A DNA stretch of 61,495 nucleotides, counting the filler, from Sphacelaria rigidula (lineage: Eukaryota), in NCBI GenBank assembly GCA_964200075.2. It is 7 parts of 7 records of this genome, joined end to end, with 100 filler letters (N's around TTAATTAATTAA, not from the genome) between each part and the next. Parts side by side here need not be neighbours in the genome. Positions count along the whole stretch, not along the records: positions 1 to 8,701 come from CAXNAA020010336.1; positions 8,802 to 17,501 come from CAXNAA020010337.1; 5 more parts are not named here. One strand, given 5' to 3'. Positions 1 to 10,957 of this stretch are shown piece by piece. The stretch's first letter is position 1; each line of letters begins with the position of its first letter. The notes beneath the pieces were generated by a model, which was given only the letters and a program-made list of their open reading frames with translations, was not told where the DNA came from and made no database searches. Both the position numbers and the translations under genes were made by a program.

Positions 1-495
1 ATTCTCCGTTTTTCAGTTGCTAAACACCATCTATGCGCTTATCCAAACACATGATAAGCCATCAAAGATGTACCACAGTAGAAGATTAATGTATTCGCGC
101 ACGATTTCTTTTATCGTCAACCTCTGGAACTACTCATGTTATACTTGTTCACATACAAGCCTACGCATTTCGTAGTTTTCGCTCATTTTCACGCCAGCAG
201 CAGCAATGATCATTTCCTACAGTCAGTTTCTGCAAACCGCACAAAGATGGTCCCACTTTTTACGCAAACAATAATATACGAGCTTTATTCCATTCAGCAC
301 ACAGCATTGTATTGGAAATTGCCTCACTCTGACTCTTCATCAGACACCATGTACATCAGTCACACCTGCATGCTCATATTTCACTCAGCAGCTTCTTTGC
401 AGAAACCACCATGTATCATGCGTGCCAACCAGCGCAACACAACAGACAGGTCCAGGAACCACATCACCACCACCTACAATCGTCCACAAAACGAT

Positions 496-2409
496 TCAGG
501 TATACAAGTCACAATGTGCTTCCTCGTTCACAACAAGCAATTCCACTAGTACTTTCTCCTTAACATCACCCAACTCGGCGCTCACCGCAACATCGAACAC
601 CTCAGGCAATGCCTGCCTTGTAATTCTCCTGCGCTCCTCCTGAGAAACAGCAACTCTCCGGCTACAATCTCGTTCACACCGTAGAGTAGCACTTCCACTC
701 CAACAGTCGCTCCTCGCATCATAGATGCAGCTACAGCTCTCACAGCTGTTCCGAAAACGAGTGTGCAATGCCCACTGCACGGCAGGTACAAAACACACAC
801 AGGCGTTGGCATCACATCTTCCTCTCTGCATAATGACCTTCAAGGTACGAACAATGTCACGCACCGTTCGCTCACATTTACGATGTGACAACTGCGAGTT
901 GGCCACCACGAATCTGCGATCCATCGGCACCTTCTTGAGCACTCTCACCACACGATTCTGATATTGCGATACCGTATCGCTGACCCATCCCTCCTGCGGC
1001 CCCAGCGCTTTACACCATGTCAACAGATGCTTCACCGTCGTTGTTGCTGTACAAGACTCCGCGGGCTCCAACCGCACAAAGTCGCCCGGGTCATCCATCC
1101 TTACCAACATGTACTTGAACCGATTTCCTTTGTCCAAGCCATTATCCCCCAGCGGACCACCCTCGCCAACACTGAGAAAATTGAAATGAAAAACCTTCCC
1201 TGGGCGAGCACCATGCACCACCCCCTGGTGGTGACGGGAAACTTCCTCCCCCGCCTTGGGTGCACTCATCCAGGGAAAACAGGACTTCTCGAGCGTTGCA
1301 ATCGCCGTTCTCGCCCACTCTACCTGCAAACGGCAGTACACGAGCCCGAGCGCCACCAATGTTGCGATGCAGCGTGCCAACCACGCCATCCTGACCGGAA
1401 AGTACGCCCTCGGCCGAGCCTTTGCCTCTACAGCGAGAGGTTTGAATTTCACCTTCCAGGGCTCGACGCGAGCAGGCGGATAACCATGCAGCACTCGCCT
1501 AAAAATGCTCGCTCTATTCCGTACAGGCTCACGAATCTGGCTCACGTCGCTCTCCGATATGCCGTTACCCGCGGCGGCTTGTACTGCCTCATCTGGTGCA
1601 GCATCAAGCACAGCAAGCTCTTGTTCCGGACTTTTCGACAACAATCGCTCGACTGAGGAATAAACGGGCTCCGCCCGACCTCCTGGTTGCTGTAAAGCGT
1701 CAACCGCGGTACTGACACGCCGACAGTCCGTAAAATCAGCCGTGTTTACACCTCGCACCGAAGTGTTTCTTGCACGTGCACAGGCACCTAAGCTACTGTA
1801 CACGTCGATGCCCAGCGCCTCCAGCTTAGGGCTCCCCATGATGATCACACCATCTGCACCCGGCGTGACCGCATATGAACATGGGGGGTCCAATACAACT
1901 GGTCCCCAGCTGGTGTGTAAAGCGATGCGGACAGGGCGAGTTTTCTGCTTCACGCGCTCAACACTGCCATTTGCCAATTTCACCAGCTGTTCACCAGCCA
2001 TCGGTGTGACCACTCGAACATCTGGAACCATGGCTTGTAATTTCGCCGCCACACCAGCTGACATGGTCGTATGTCCAGATCCCGAGACTAAAAAAGCCGT
2101 GACCGGACAAACACCCTTTGCCCCTGCACTCGGGACAGACAAGTCAGCAAGACACCATCTTTCCTTGTGATCTACTTGCAGACCCTCAGATCGAAGACCT
2201 GACACCTCACCCGCTTTGAGCGATCTCCATGCTGGCACCGCCGCAGAGTTTGAACCCGGGAACGAGTGCGATGACATGGTCTGCTGCGCGCCACCAGTGG
2301 AAGCGACCGGTTCTGGTGGCGACGTCGCCCCCCCGCTGGGAGCATTTTGTCTATCGGCTGCAAAGACAGCCCTTGTTGGGGCGGGACTCGTGCCCCCTCC
2401 GCGAGGCAC
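496..2409 (-). mobile_element. Ty3/Gypsy LTR-retrotransposon pol, degenerate: protease, RT N-terminus and integrase, with RT core/RNase H deleted
   Basis: 637-aa ORF. AFLVSGSGHT matches the aspartic protease D-S-G motif with D>V. PPARVEPWKVKFKP..KARPRAY..WL..C...LV.LGLV is the RT start, followed abruptly by integrase motifs (HFNFL, YMLV.MDD...FV.LEP, G..E.WVSD, CER.VR.IVRTLK). Confidence 0.88.
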
Positions 2410-2484
2410 CTGTCCAGGGCCCGGCGACGGCCGCTGTTGTTGCTGCTGCTTGTCGCCAGCCTTCGTCTGCCCACCGTCACTACG

Positions 2485-3290
2485 TTATGTAGCAGCAGCC
2501 TGGCCTTGCTGCTTGCAATCCTTCCGGAAATGGCCCTTGTCTCCACATATGAAACATCCTGCATAGTTCGGGCCTGGTTTGCGGGTTTTCCCGGAACTGG
2601 CAGTCCCATTTCCACGGCTCGCCGTTTTTCCACCATTTGTTCGGCACTTGCTTCCGGAAGTCTCGTTGCCACTCCTTTGTTTCAGCTGCGGCTGCTGACG
2701 GCGCTGCTTATCCGCCGCTTCCACCGTCTTCCATGCCTCCGCTGCTTCCCGAGCCGTGTTAAACACGAGCCCGGGGTCCTCCTTCCACCCCCCCTTCACG
2801 ATCAATGTGTTGAGGACTGTAGTTTTGAATTCGGGGGGGGGTCAGTCCATTCAATATTTCCCGGGTTATGATTTGAGCGGGTTCTGGTTTGAAATTTGCA
2901 TCATCGCGGAACGCACGCTCAGCGCTGGTAATCTCGGCAAAACATTCCTCCAGGGCACCCCACTGTCCTTCTACTCTTCCCATTGCAGTTTACGCGTTGC
3001 GGGCCGCCAACGCTTTCCGCACACCAGCGACAGCAACTGAAGAACCAATCTCGTCATCCTCCCAACATTTCGCGTGTCGGCCTAGGGCCTCCTCGAGGTT
3101 ATTTTCGTCAAGCACGGACCCGTCAAAATTCGTGCGTGACAAACACGCACGGATGTGCTTCGGCACCAGTTCAGTAACAGTCAGTAAGACGGCCTGCATA
3201 CTACGTCCTTTGTTGTTCATGTAGACCGTCTCTTCATACTCGACCTATTTCTGATAAAAACGTCGGGACGCATTTTCGCTAAAATGCCGT
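2485..3290 (-). mobile_element. Gypsy gag (frameshifted) with CCHC zinc knuckle
   Basis: CFICGDKGHFRKDC (CX2CX4HX4C) in ORF 2485-2805; consecutive broken ORFs 2759-2983 and 2990-3220 lie upstream of pol on the same strand. Confidence 0.85.
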
Positions 3291-3460
3291 CCGTACTCTG
3301 GGGCTTTCAGCGATCCTGCAGGCATAAGCTCCGTAAACTTAAACTTCACCTCTTCGCCTGCACCGCCAAGGTTGAGAAAATTTCTCCGCAGCTGCCCACA
3401 GCTGACAAACCTCTTCCAGAAACCAGCGGGTTCCTCTTAATAAACGTTTATTATAGAGCC

Positions 3461-3579
3461 CTCCTGGACTCAGAACAAGGTCACAAGATTGCTCCAAGGG
3501 CTTCCTCCCTCACTAGGGCCTGGAGACTTCAAGATAGTTGTTATTCAGAAACACACAGCCTTCGTTATCGGAGGTAACC
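3461..3579 (+). repeat. ~120-bp dispersed repeat; inverted copy at 5745-5871 and a diverged partial copy at ~4705-4787
   Basis: ctcctggactcagaacaaggtcacaagattgctccaaggg...ttcgttatcggaggtaacc aligns with the reverse complement of 5745-5871. Confidence 0.8.
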
Positions 3580-3739
3580 ACATGCGTGAAGCATGTAATG
3601 TTCGAATCCACCTTGTCTGCCGATCAGACCCGCAAGTCCGTCAACCAATAGAAAACGCCTACAGCAGATTGTTTCACTTGTATATCATGATGAACCTGCT
3701 CGTACGTATACTGGAGGTGGACTACTCTACAGGCCGCAG

Positions 3740-4070
3740 CCGCTGCGCCGGCACGCGATGTCGGTTGTTTCGAGCCTTGTGAGCCGCTCTTTTGCCTAAG
3801 TTGCGGTTGCTAGCGGCGGTGTTTGTCAACCTCCTCAACAGTCTTCCATTTTCCCGCCAAGTCATGAGCTACCTCACAACACACTCGCGGGCTCTCTTTC
3901 CAGTCCCTTTTCATATAAAGTATATTTTGGACTTTGTTCTTGAACTCAGGTGGGGTCATGCCTGCGACAACAGCTCTGGTAATAATGTGTGGGAGACCAG
4001 CCTTGAGCGTACGGTCAGATTCAAGGAAAACGCACTCCGCACCTGCATTTCCCGCAAAGTACTCGTGTAA
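3740..4070 (-). mobile_element. Second, diverged gag fragment
   Basis: Manual translation gives AHDLAGKWKTVEEVDKHRR*QPQLRQKSG, which aligns with AREAAEAWKTVEAADKQRRQQPQLKQRSG of the 2485-2805 gag. Confidence 0.6.
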
Positions 4071-4790
4071 TGAACTCCATTGCCCTTCTACTGTTTGATA
4101 CTTATTTGATTATAGTTTCAGGTATATTGCTCGGCTGTCGCACTCCGTTGCGCAGGTATTAAACGTACGACAGAGGGATTTGTATGTTGAACGGTATCGA
4201 ATGCGAGAGACGGATTGTCACGATGGCTTCAGAATTTGAAGTTCGTTGACGTTTACATATTTTGCCGGTTTGGAGTCAGGATACTTGTTTGAGGCATGGG
4301 TTTGAAAATTCGGCGTCACCTATCGCTCTGTGACTCGGAGCGATGCAAGTAGCGTGATTGCGTGTTCATGATGGACGTTTTGGATTTCCTGCAAGTTGTT
4401 CGGAAATTGGACGAGCTTGTGTGGCTGTCATCGTATACTGCGGTAGGGATTGCCATTCTATATGAAAAATGACGGTAGACGTCGGCAACAATGATTTCCG
4501 AGACTATCAAGCTCTAGGTTGACTACTGGTTGGTAGTAAGCGAGCTTTGGGGGTGCTGTAGACTCCGGGCAACATTGTTACCTTGATTCGGTACATGACT
4601 GCAGTGGAGAGAATGCATAGCAGGCGTTTATAGTCTGGTTGATGAATAACGGGTCTGAGAGTATGATCGGTGGACTCCGTGATGTATGATGTTTGCACAC
4701 TAGGTACAAGGTCACTTCTGGTTAACGAAAGACTGCTGTTTGTATGACTGCTTGAGTCTTGATCTCTCTGGAGCCCGTGACAGGGAGGAT

Positions 4791-5241
4791 CTTTTGTGAC
4801 GGTTTAATAGACAACCAACTAGACTACTGACCAGTCAGCGTCTATTAAACCGTCACAAAAGTTAGTCGCTGGTTCGCTTCCCGTCGGACGCACTTTCTTT
4901 GAAGAAAAAAGAGGAGACAAAACCTCTGAAAACAATTGACACAAAGAAAAAGGGTGGGGTATACCCTGGTGGCTATGTTTGGAGTGTACTGCTAAGGGCC
5001 CTAGTCACACACTCTTGGAATGAGTGGGGGAGACGAGTAAATCTAGGATACTACGGTAAAAGCGACAACACTAGAGGTCCTGGCGGCAGTCGATAGAGCG
5101 CTGGCGAGGGGAGTCGCCCCCCTCGGAGTGAAAGTGACGGGGATCTAACCCCCACGACTAACTTTTGTGACGGTTTTAGAGACAACCAACTAGACTACTG
5201 ACCAGTCGGCAGCCGACTGGTAGTCTCTTAAACCGTCACAA
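4791..5241. repeat. Palindromic/foldback repeat element with nested 22-bp perfect inverted repeats
   Basis: 4791-4812 is the perfect reverse complement of 4840-4861; 4847-4868 is the perfect reverse complement of 5155-5176; the same motif occurs at 34393-34444 and 52798-52856. Confidence 0.85.
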
Positions 5242-7142
5242 GCATCTGGAGTAGCATTGTAACCTTGTTCTGATTCCAGGCAGGTTCACAGATCGAATGC
5301 TTCGGTTCGAAATGGTATTATCCTTGGCGCGTACCTTTTGTGTGAGTATGCCACGACCGGAAATTGCCGTTGACTGCATTATTGACTTCACTGCATTCGA
5401 TTGAGACGCTGTGTTCAAGTTCCGTTGTTCAGCGTTCTGCAAATGATCATTTTCTTTGTGAGCATGACATTGCATGGTCATGTGTCACTAACAGGCGGAC
5501 GAAGGTAGCGTGAACGTGATTGTCAGTGCCTAATATTCGTCAAACTCGCTTTCTACTTCGAGTAATTCGGAGTTTTGCGGGTGCTACAGAGTAGTCCATC
5601 CCTAGTACACGTACAGATGCATGCGGAGCTGCAGGTTAATCCATAGAGGTTTGGATATGAACTTTGCATCATGATATAATAGGTCATGAGTTATTCTCTG
5701 GAGTATGATCGTGACTGCTTGACAGTATATGTGTTCAAGGAGGTGCAAGGTAACTTCCGATAGCGAAGACTGTATGTTTGTGAACAACAACTGTCTTGGA
5801 GTCTTCCAGCCCAAGTGAGAGAGGGGAGCCCTTGGAGCAGTCTTGTGACCATGTTCTGAGTTCAGGAGGGGTCCATAAAGCCGAGAAGCATGTGTCTGTC
5901 CCAGGGGACAGGCACAATGGTGCACCCGCTGAACGTGCCATCGGTGGTGCGCGTATCAAGCAACAATACAGGGCAGCTGTTTCCACTATGCAGAGCGGGA
6001 AGAAGACAGCACGTGTCTGTCAAGGCGGGTAAGCATGAGAGCGTGCTCGCCGACAATACCACAGTAAGCACTGTTTTGGATACTGCTGATATTGCTATTT
6101 AAGAGGGCGAGCATGCCACGCAGCTCGAGCGGACTGCAGGCAGCTCAGCTGTCGCTGTTGCCGTTCAGGTCCGCTGGGCAGGAGGTGGTGGCTGAAGCGG
6201 GGATATTTGATCTAGCCACTGCTGCCGCTGTTGTTGGAAGAGCGAAGCCGGTTTGCTCCGATATGCTAGGGCTGAGAGGCAAAGGCCCTGGTTGCTTGTG
6301 GCCGTCGGACCAGCGCGTGATTGGGGACACACCTTGCATGCTCACCGCTGCAACGGGGTGTTATCTTCGTGATGAGAGTGAGCAGAGCAAGCTTGGGGCT
6401 GCGATGGTCAGGGCGAGTCCATCTGCTCCAGTGATTCAGCGGGAGATTACTCAGATGACTCGCAGGAAGGGGCGTCTGCTTGCAGCAAAAGTGCATGCCG
6501 GGTTGGTGGATGTGGATTCGCTGGATTGCATGGTGGTGCGGTGGTCGTATGGATTGCTCTTTTACATGGACAGCTTTGGCGTGTTTGGCGACGATGGTGG
6601 AGGTCTCCACTGTTGCATCGCGGGGTGTTTGAGGAGGATAGTGTGCCATCAGGAGGTGTTGCTGTTGGGGACTGTGTAGCTGTTGCCCTTTCGCCTCTCG
6701 TTTCCTCTGTAGAAGTGACTGAAGCACAGGTGTTTAGTACTGCCCAAGTATCTGTGGAGGAAAATGGCTTGTGGCATTGGTTCGGCGGTGCGGATATACC
6801 GTTTAGTGGCGAGTTGAGCGGCTCCACGAGGGTGCGAGCTGTAGATGGACTCATGGCGCGAGGATCGAATCATTCAATTTCAACTTGGCAACATACTATT
6901 ACTATTGCACTATTTTCAGAGCGCTCTAGTCTCCGCACCCGCGTCAACAACCACGAAAATCACCACGCGGTACCCATGATCGATTTATGGATTGGGTTTC
7001 CACATCATCAGCTGATTGCAACAAATCCAGCTGTGATCAGGGCGGAAAGTATGTAAAAAAGGAAAAACCATGCAAATGCCCGACAGCAGCAAGAAGAGTC
7101 CCACGTATTGCACGTAGAGTACAAAAGTAAAACTTAGCTAAA

Positions 7143-8701
7143 TCACATGCTACTCGCATCACTCCAATAACATACGGGCGCAGGCATGTTGCACCAGCTG
7201 TCATTCGCGCCCTGACTCTCGTTCTCTCCCTCTTGAAGACGATCGGGGTTGTCCTCCATGTCATTTGGGATCGCTGCGCCAATGGGATCAATGAAGTCGT
7301 TTGCCTCGCGCAGCTCAGGATCGGACCCAGTGAAGCGCTTGGGGTTGAATGACGGCATTGATGCGGTAGTGAAAGCAGGCTTCGCGATCGGTATCTTGGC
7401 GAAGTTGAGGTGAAGGAACAGCAACATTTCAACGTAAAAACCGTCGAGGCGGCTTCTTCGGCTCGACAAAAGCTGCCCCGCACCACCGAAGTCACGCTCG
7501 ATCTGTGCTGCAGAAGCTTGGTTACCAAACGCCTGCTGCGCTACACTGCGCAAGAGTATGAACTGAATCTTCTCCTGGCGCGCCCAGTACCTTAGGGCCT
7601 CCCGCGGGGGGACATCAGAGGGCTTCACGCTGAGAGCCCGGAACCATGCGATCTCGTCATCCACAAGCTTCCCAACTTTCTCTTCGGGGGATAGCTCTTC
7701 ATCTACCCTGTCCTCCGCATCGTCGCTGACGAACATCCCCCACTCGTCGTCGTCGCTGCGTTTCGAAGTGTTGTTCGGCTGGGTCACCGTCATCTTCAGG
7801 CACTTGGCCTCTCGCGCCTCATCGGTATCCTCACGTCTGCTCATCTCCGATAGCCCCACCTTAACCGCCCGGGCGCGAATCTCTGTCCAAGTGTCCGCGC
7901 GCGTACGAGACACGTCACCCGCCGGCGTTAGAACTGTCGCTTTGCTGCTGGCGGGCAGCCCGCTGTCGTCGCCCGCAACCAGCTTCACCGGCGGCGTGAG
8001 CATGACTGTCGCGTCTTTGAAAAAAGACGCGTCGACAGCGGTGTCGTCCCACACGCGGCCAACGAACCTCGACACGAAAGCGGCGGAGCGTTCACGGCGG
8101 GTAATTCGTGCCACGTCGGTGAGGTCGTTGGGGTGGACCATCTCGTAATCGAAAGGTTCGTTGACGCGGGCCTTCAACTTCTCCCCTGCAGCTGGAGCGG
8201 GGGGAGCTTGTACACCTATGGAGAAGGGGATGAAATACACCGGCAGGAGGTGGAAGAGAGTAATTTCGACAGAGCATATATCCGGGAGAAGTCGACGCAA
8301 TGACACACATATTGGCTCAACACCCGACTCCAATCGTGAATGTCTCATCAATTGTGTTCTGTGAAACTTGAGCCATGGCTCAACAGCACGAAAACACGAG
8401 AAAACTTCACCATGTAGTCGGTTTTCGATATCTTCTCCCGCCCGAAAATATCCACACCAATCTACCCTCACATTCCAAGGGTTTCTTGATCTTGACATCA
8501 ATATCATTGCCAGCATTATTTTTGCAAGTGTTGAAATACTGAGAGTAGCAAAGTATTGACGCTGAGCGCCCGCGTGGTCGATCAATCAAGTGCAGGTAGG
8601 AAATGTGTTGATTTCGCCGTCCTACAACCATAGCGGAAACGAAAGAGAAATAGTGTACCTACCTTCAAGGGCTTGGTTGAATCGAGTGTCGTAGCCTTGA
8701 G
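7143..8701 (-). mobile_element. hAT-family transposase, C-terminal part with dimerisation domain; 5' part cut by the contig edge
   Basis: YWARQEKIQFILLRSVAQQAFGNQASAAQIERDFGGAGQLLSSRRSRLDGFYVEMLLFLHLN matches the hAT dimerisation consensus (W...L..LA..S...ER.FS.AG....R.RL....VE.L.FL..N). Probable intron 8216-8662 (AAG/GTAGGT ... CATAG/). Confidence 0.85.
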
Positions 8702-8801
8702 NNNNNNNNNNNNNNNNNNNNNNNNNNNNNNNNNNNNNNNNNNNNTTAATTAATTAANNNNNNNNNNNNNNNNNNNNNNNNNNNNNNNNNNNNNNNNNNN
8801 N
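8702..8801. other. Assembly spacer (44 N + TTAATTAATTAA + 44 N)
   Basis: Seen directly; the core has stop codons in all six frames. Confidence 0.99.
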
Positions 8802-8862
8802 ATCCTCCGGGTTCTCATCCTCAATCAAAAGCACCATCCTCAACATAGATGATTGGCTGTTT
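8802..8862. repeat. Terminal arm of the foldback family seen at 39648-40093
   Basis: tcctccgggttctcatcctcaatcaaaagcaccatcctcaacatagatgattggctgtt closely matches 40034-40092. Confidence 0.8.
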
Positions 8863-8899
8863 TGTGGTGAACGGGAGGACGGCTATATGATTGTTGGGT

Positions 8900-9950
8900 C
8901 AAGTGCGTTTTCGATCTGGTAAAATTTGTGACTTGGGAGGGTGAGATCCTCCTCGAATGTGTATGACATGATTGTCGTGTACGGAAAATAAATCCAGATA
9001 TTTAGTGGGCCTACGCTCCAAGCGTGCTTCTAGCGTGCGCATAACGTGTTTGTGCCGACACCTATGCTTGTGGCGCCGAGTTGAGGTTTTGCGACGCACA
9101 CATTGTGTGGGAAACATGTTTTACCCCCTTCCCCGGGGTATCTCCGGATGTCTTTGTTTGGGGTCCAGGTTGTGGTTGGTGTTACGGTTAAAGTTTGGTC
9201 GGAAGTTTAAATATTCGAGAAGTTCCTCTCTTTCCCAAACGATGAACTTACCTCTTCCTATTTCCGACCGCCTTCATTTTTTTCGTATTCATACATTGTA
9301 CGGCAGTCAGAGAGACGCGAAGCCAAGCAGGAGGGGGGTCCAAATCCCCAAGCGCCTTGTATGGATCCGAAACTGTTGAATATGGGTTGATTTCCCCATA
9401 TTTGTCTCTCATCGGTTTTGAACGTTATATCCGTACACAATGGTTGATATTCATATGATGTTGGCATCTGACCTTGGAACGACTTGTGCAAACGTCGTGT
9501 TCTCGAGTGTGTCAGGGTCATCCCTATCCTCATAGAAAGTGTGTTTCCTTAGACCATCGGCGCTCGTGCGCTGTTTTCGGGTCTACCAATACTCGCTTCC
9601 TACAGACTACGCGTTAGTCAGCACACCCCTGAGACATGTGGACTGGTCCGGGGTCAGTGTTGAGGTTATCGTCGCGATTTTGATTCCTCCGTCTTTTTTG
9701 GTTTTGTATGCGGAGAGTAGTCGCCAGGGTAACTCCTGTGGAATGGGAGTAATAACCCGTACTGTTCCTCCGTTGGATTGGGGTGACACGCACTGATAAA
9801 AAAGACTTGCCGCGTTTACAGAGCAATTTCAGGATACACGTAAACCAGCGGTAACCGAAATGTGTACACGCTATCCTGTGCTTTGCTCACAGACCCCATA
9901 CCCTTTCGATGTCGTGCAGGTCGTTTCTACTCATATTAGGTGAATTTGAC
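8900..9950 (-). pseudogene. Highly decayed Gypsy integrase/C-terminal relic
   Basis: Minus-strand ISACHPQSNGGTVRV near 9760-9800 resembles the integrase SAYHPQSNG..ERVN motif; many stops and frameshifts. Confidence 0.55.
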
Positions 9951-10920
9951 CCCGAAGTATGATGCTTGTTCCGTTGTGGTGTCTGATTGTGTTGGGTCGC
10001 ATGACCAGAAATTTCCAGTTCCTTGTGCTAATGTGTTTGTTTGGAGTTAAAGGGAGGTGGGAGCAACGTAGTGTTTACATTTCCATACTGTTTTCACCTC
10101 CCCATCCATCAGCATCACAAAGAGTTAGTTACGTTTGCAAAGCACAGCCTGTGCTTGTTCAGTAGTACAGCCTGTAGCACGAAGATACTTCTTGAAAACT
10201 GCTGTCTGTTGTTTACTGCTGTATGTTGTTATATTGCTGGGGGGGCTATGTTGCTGTTCACAGTACTATTGTATTGATCTCGTGTTTCAACAGTGTGTAT
10301 CGGCCGCGAGGGAGGGACGTCATGTCTCCAGACGAGCTCAGAGATGTTGCCGCTTATCGCCAGTGATATCATCCGCAACAAGCGATCCCAACCTCTGGGC
10401 ATGTCTTGCGTGCTTACTTCCTCTCAGCCTATGACGGTGGTGCCTCGTACTCCACCTTGTGCTGTACTGTACGAGCTTGCGGCATAATAGAGGAACTCCT
10501 CATGAAGTGCGAATGATTTGTTGGTGTCTCAAAACTCACATAGTTGCGTGAACTCCGCATCAACGGGATATATGCCAGTTGCTAGCACACGCTCACCGCC
10601 TGCTCTCCTTTGTCCACGCCAAACCCTATTAGCTCCCCCACTCCCCTCAGAAACATGTATGGCAACCTGGTTCTTACGGCGCGGCAACATGTCGTCTACG
10701 ACTTCGGTCGCAAACAACGGTTAATCTCGACGACTGCATATTGGACCGTAGATAGTTCTGAGAAAATGCATGGGCTGGGGCGAGTGGGCATTGGACCCAG
10801 ATCCTCCCGGGCGTGTTTTGGTCTAAAATCAGCGATGTGCCGTCGACTTGAGGTCTACCATCTAATAGTTGCCCAGGGGGAGGCTGTGCATCCCCCATGA
10901 AGGGGGGTGTCGTGCGTGTT

Positions 10921-10957
10921 GGGTTAGGGTCAGGGTTGCGGTTAGCATTGGGGTTTG
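10921..10957 (+). repeat. Short degenerate TTAGGG-like array (interstitial)
   Basis: gggttagggtcagggttgcggttagcattggggtttg. Confidence 0.5.

Noticed and set aside
6092..7056. Overlapping 135-195 aa ORFs on both strands
   Set aside because: No recognisable motifs or splice structure; consistent with chance ORFs or decayed TE sequence.
10500..10860. AFSQNYLRSNMQSSRL as a hAT C-terminal remnant
   Set aside because: Single short motif without supporting context.
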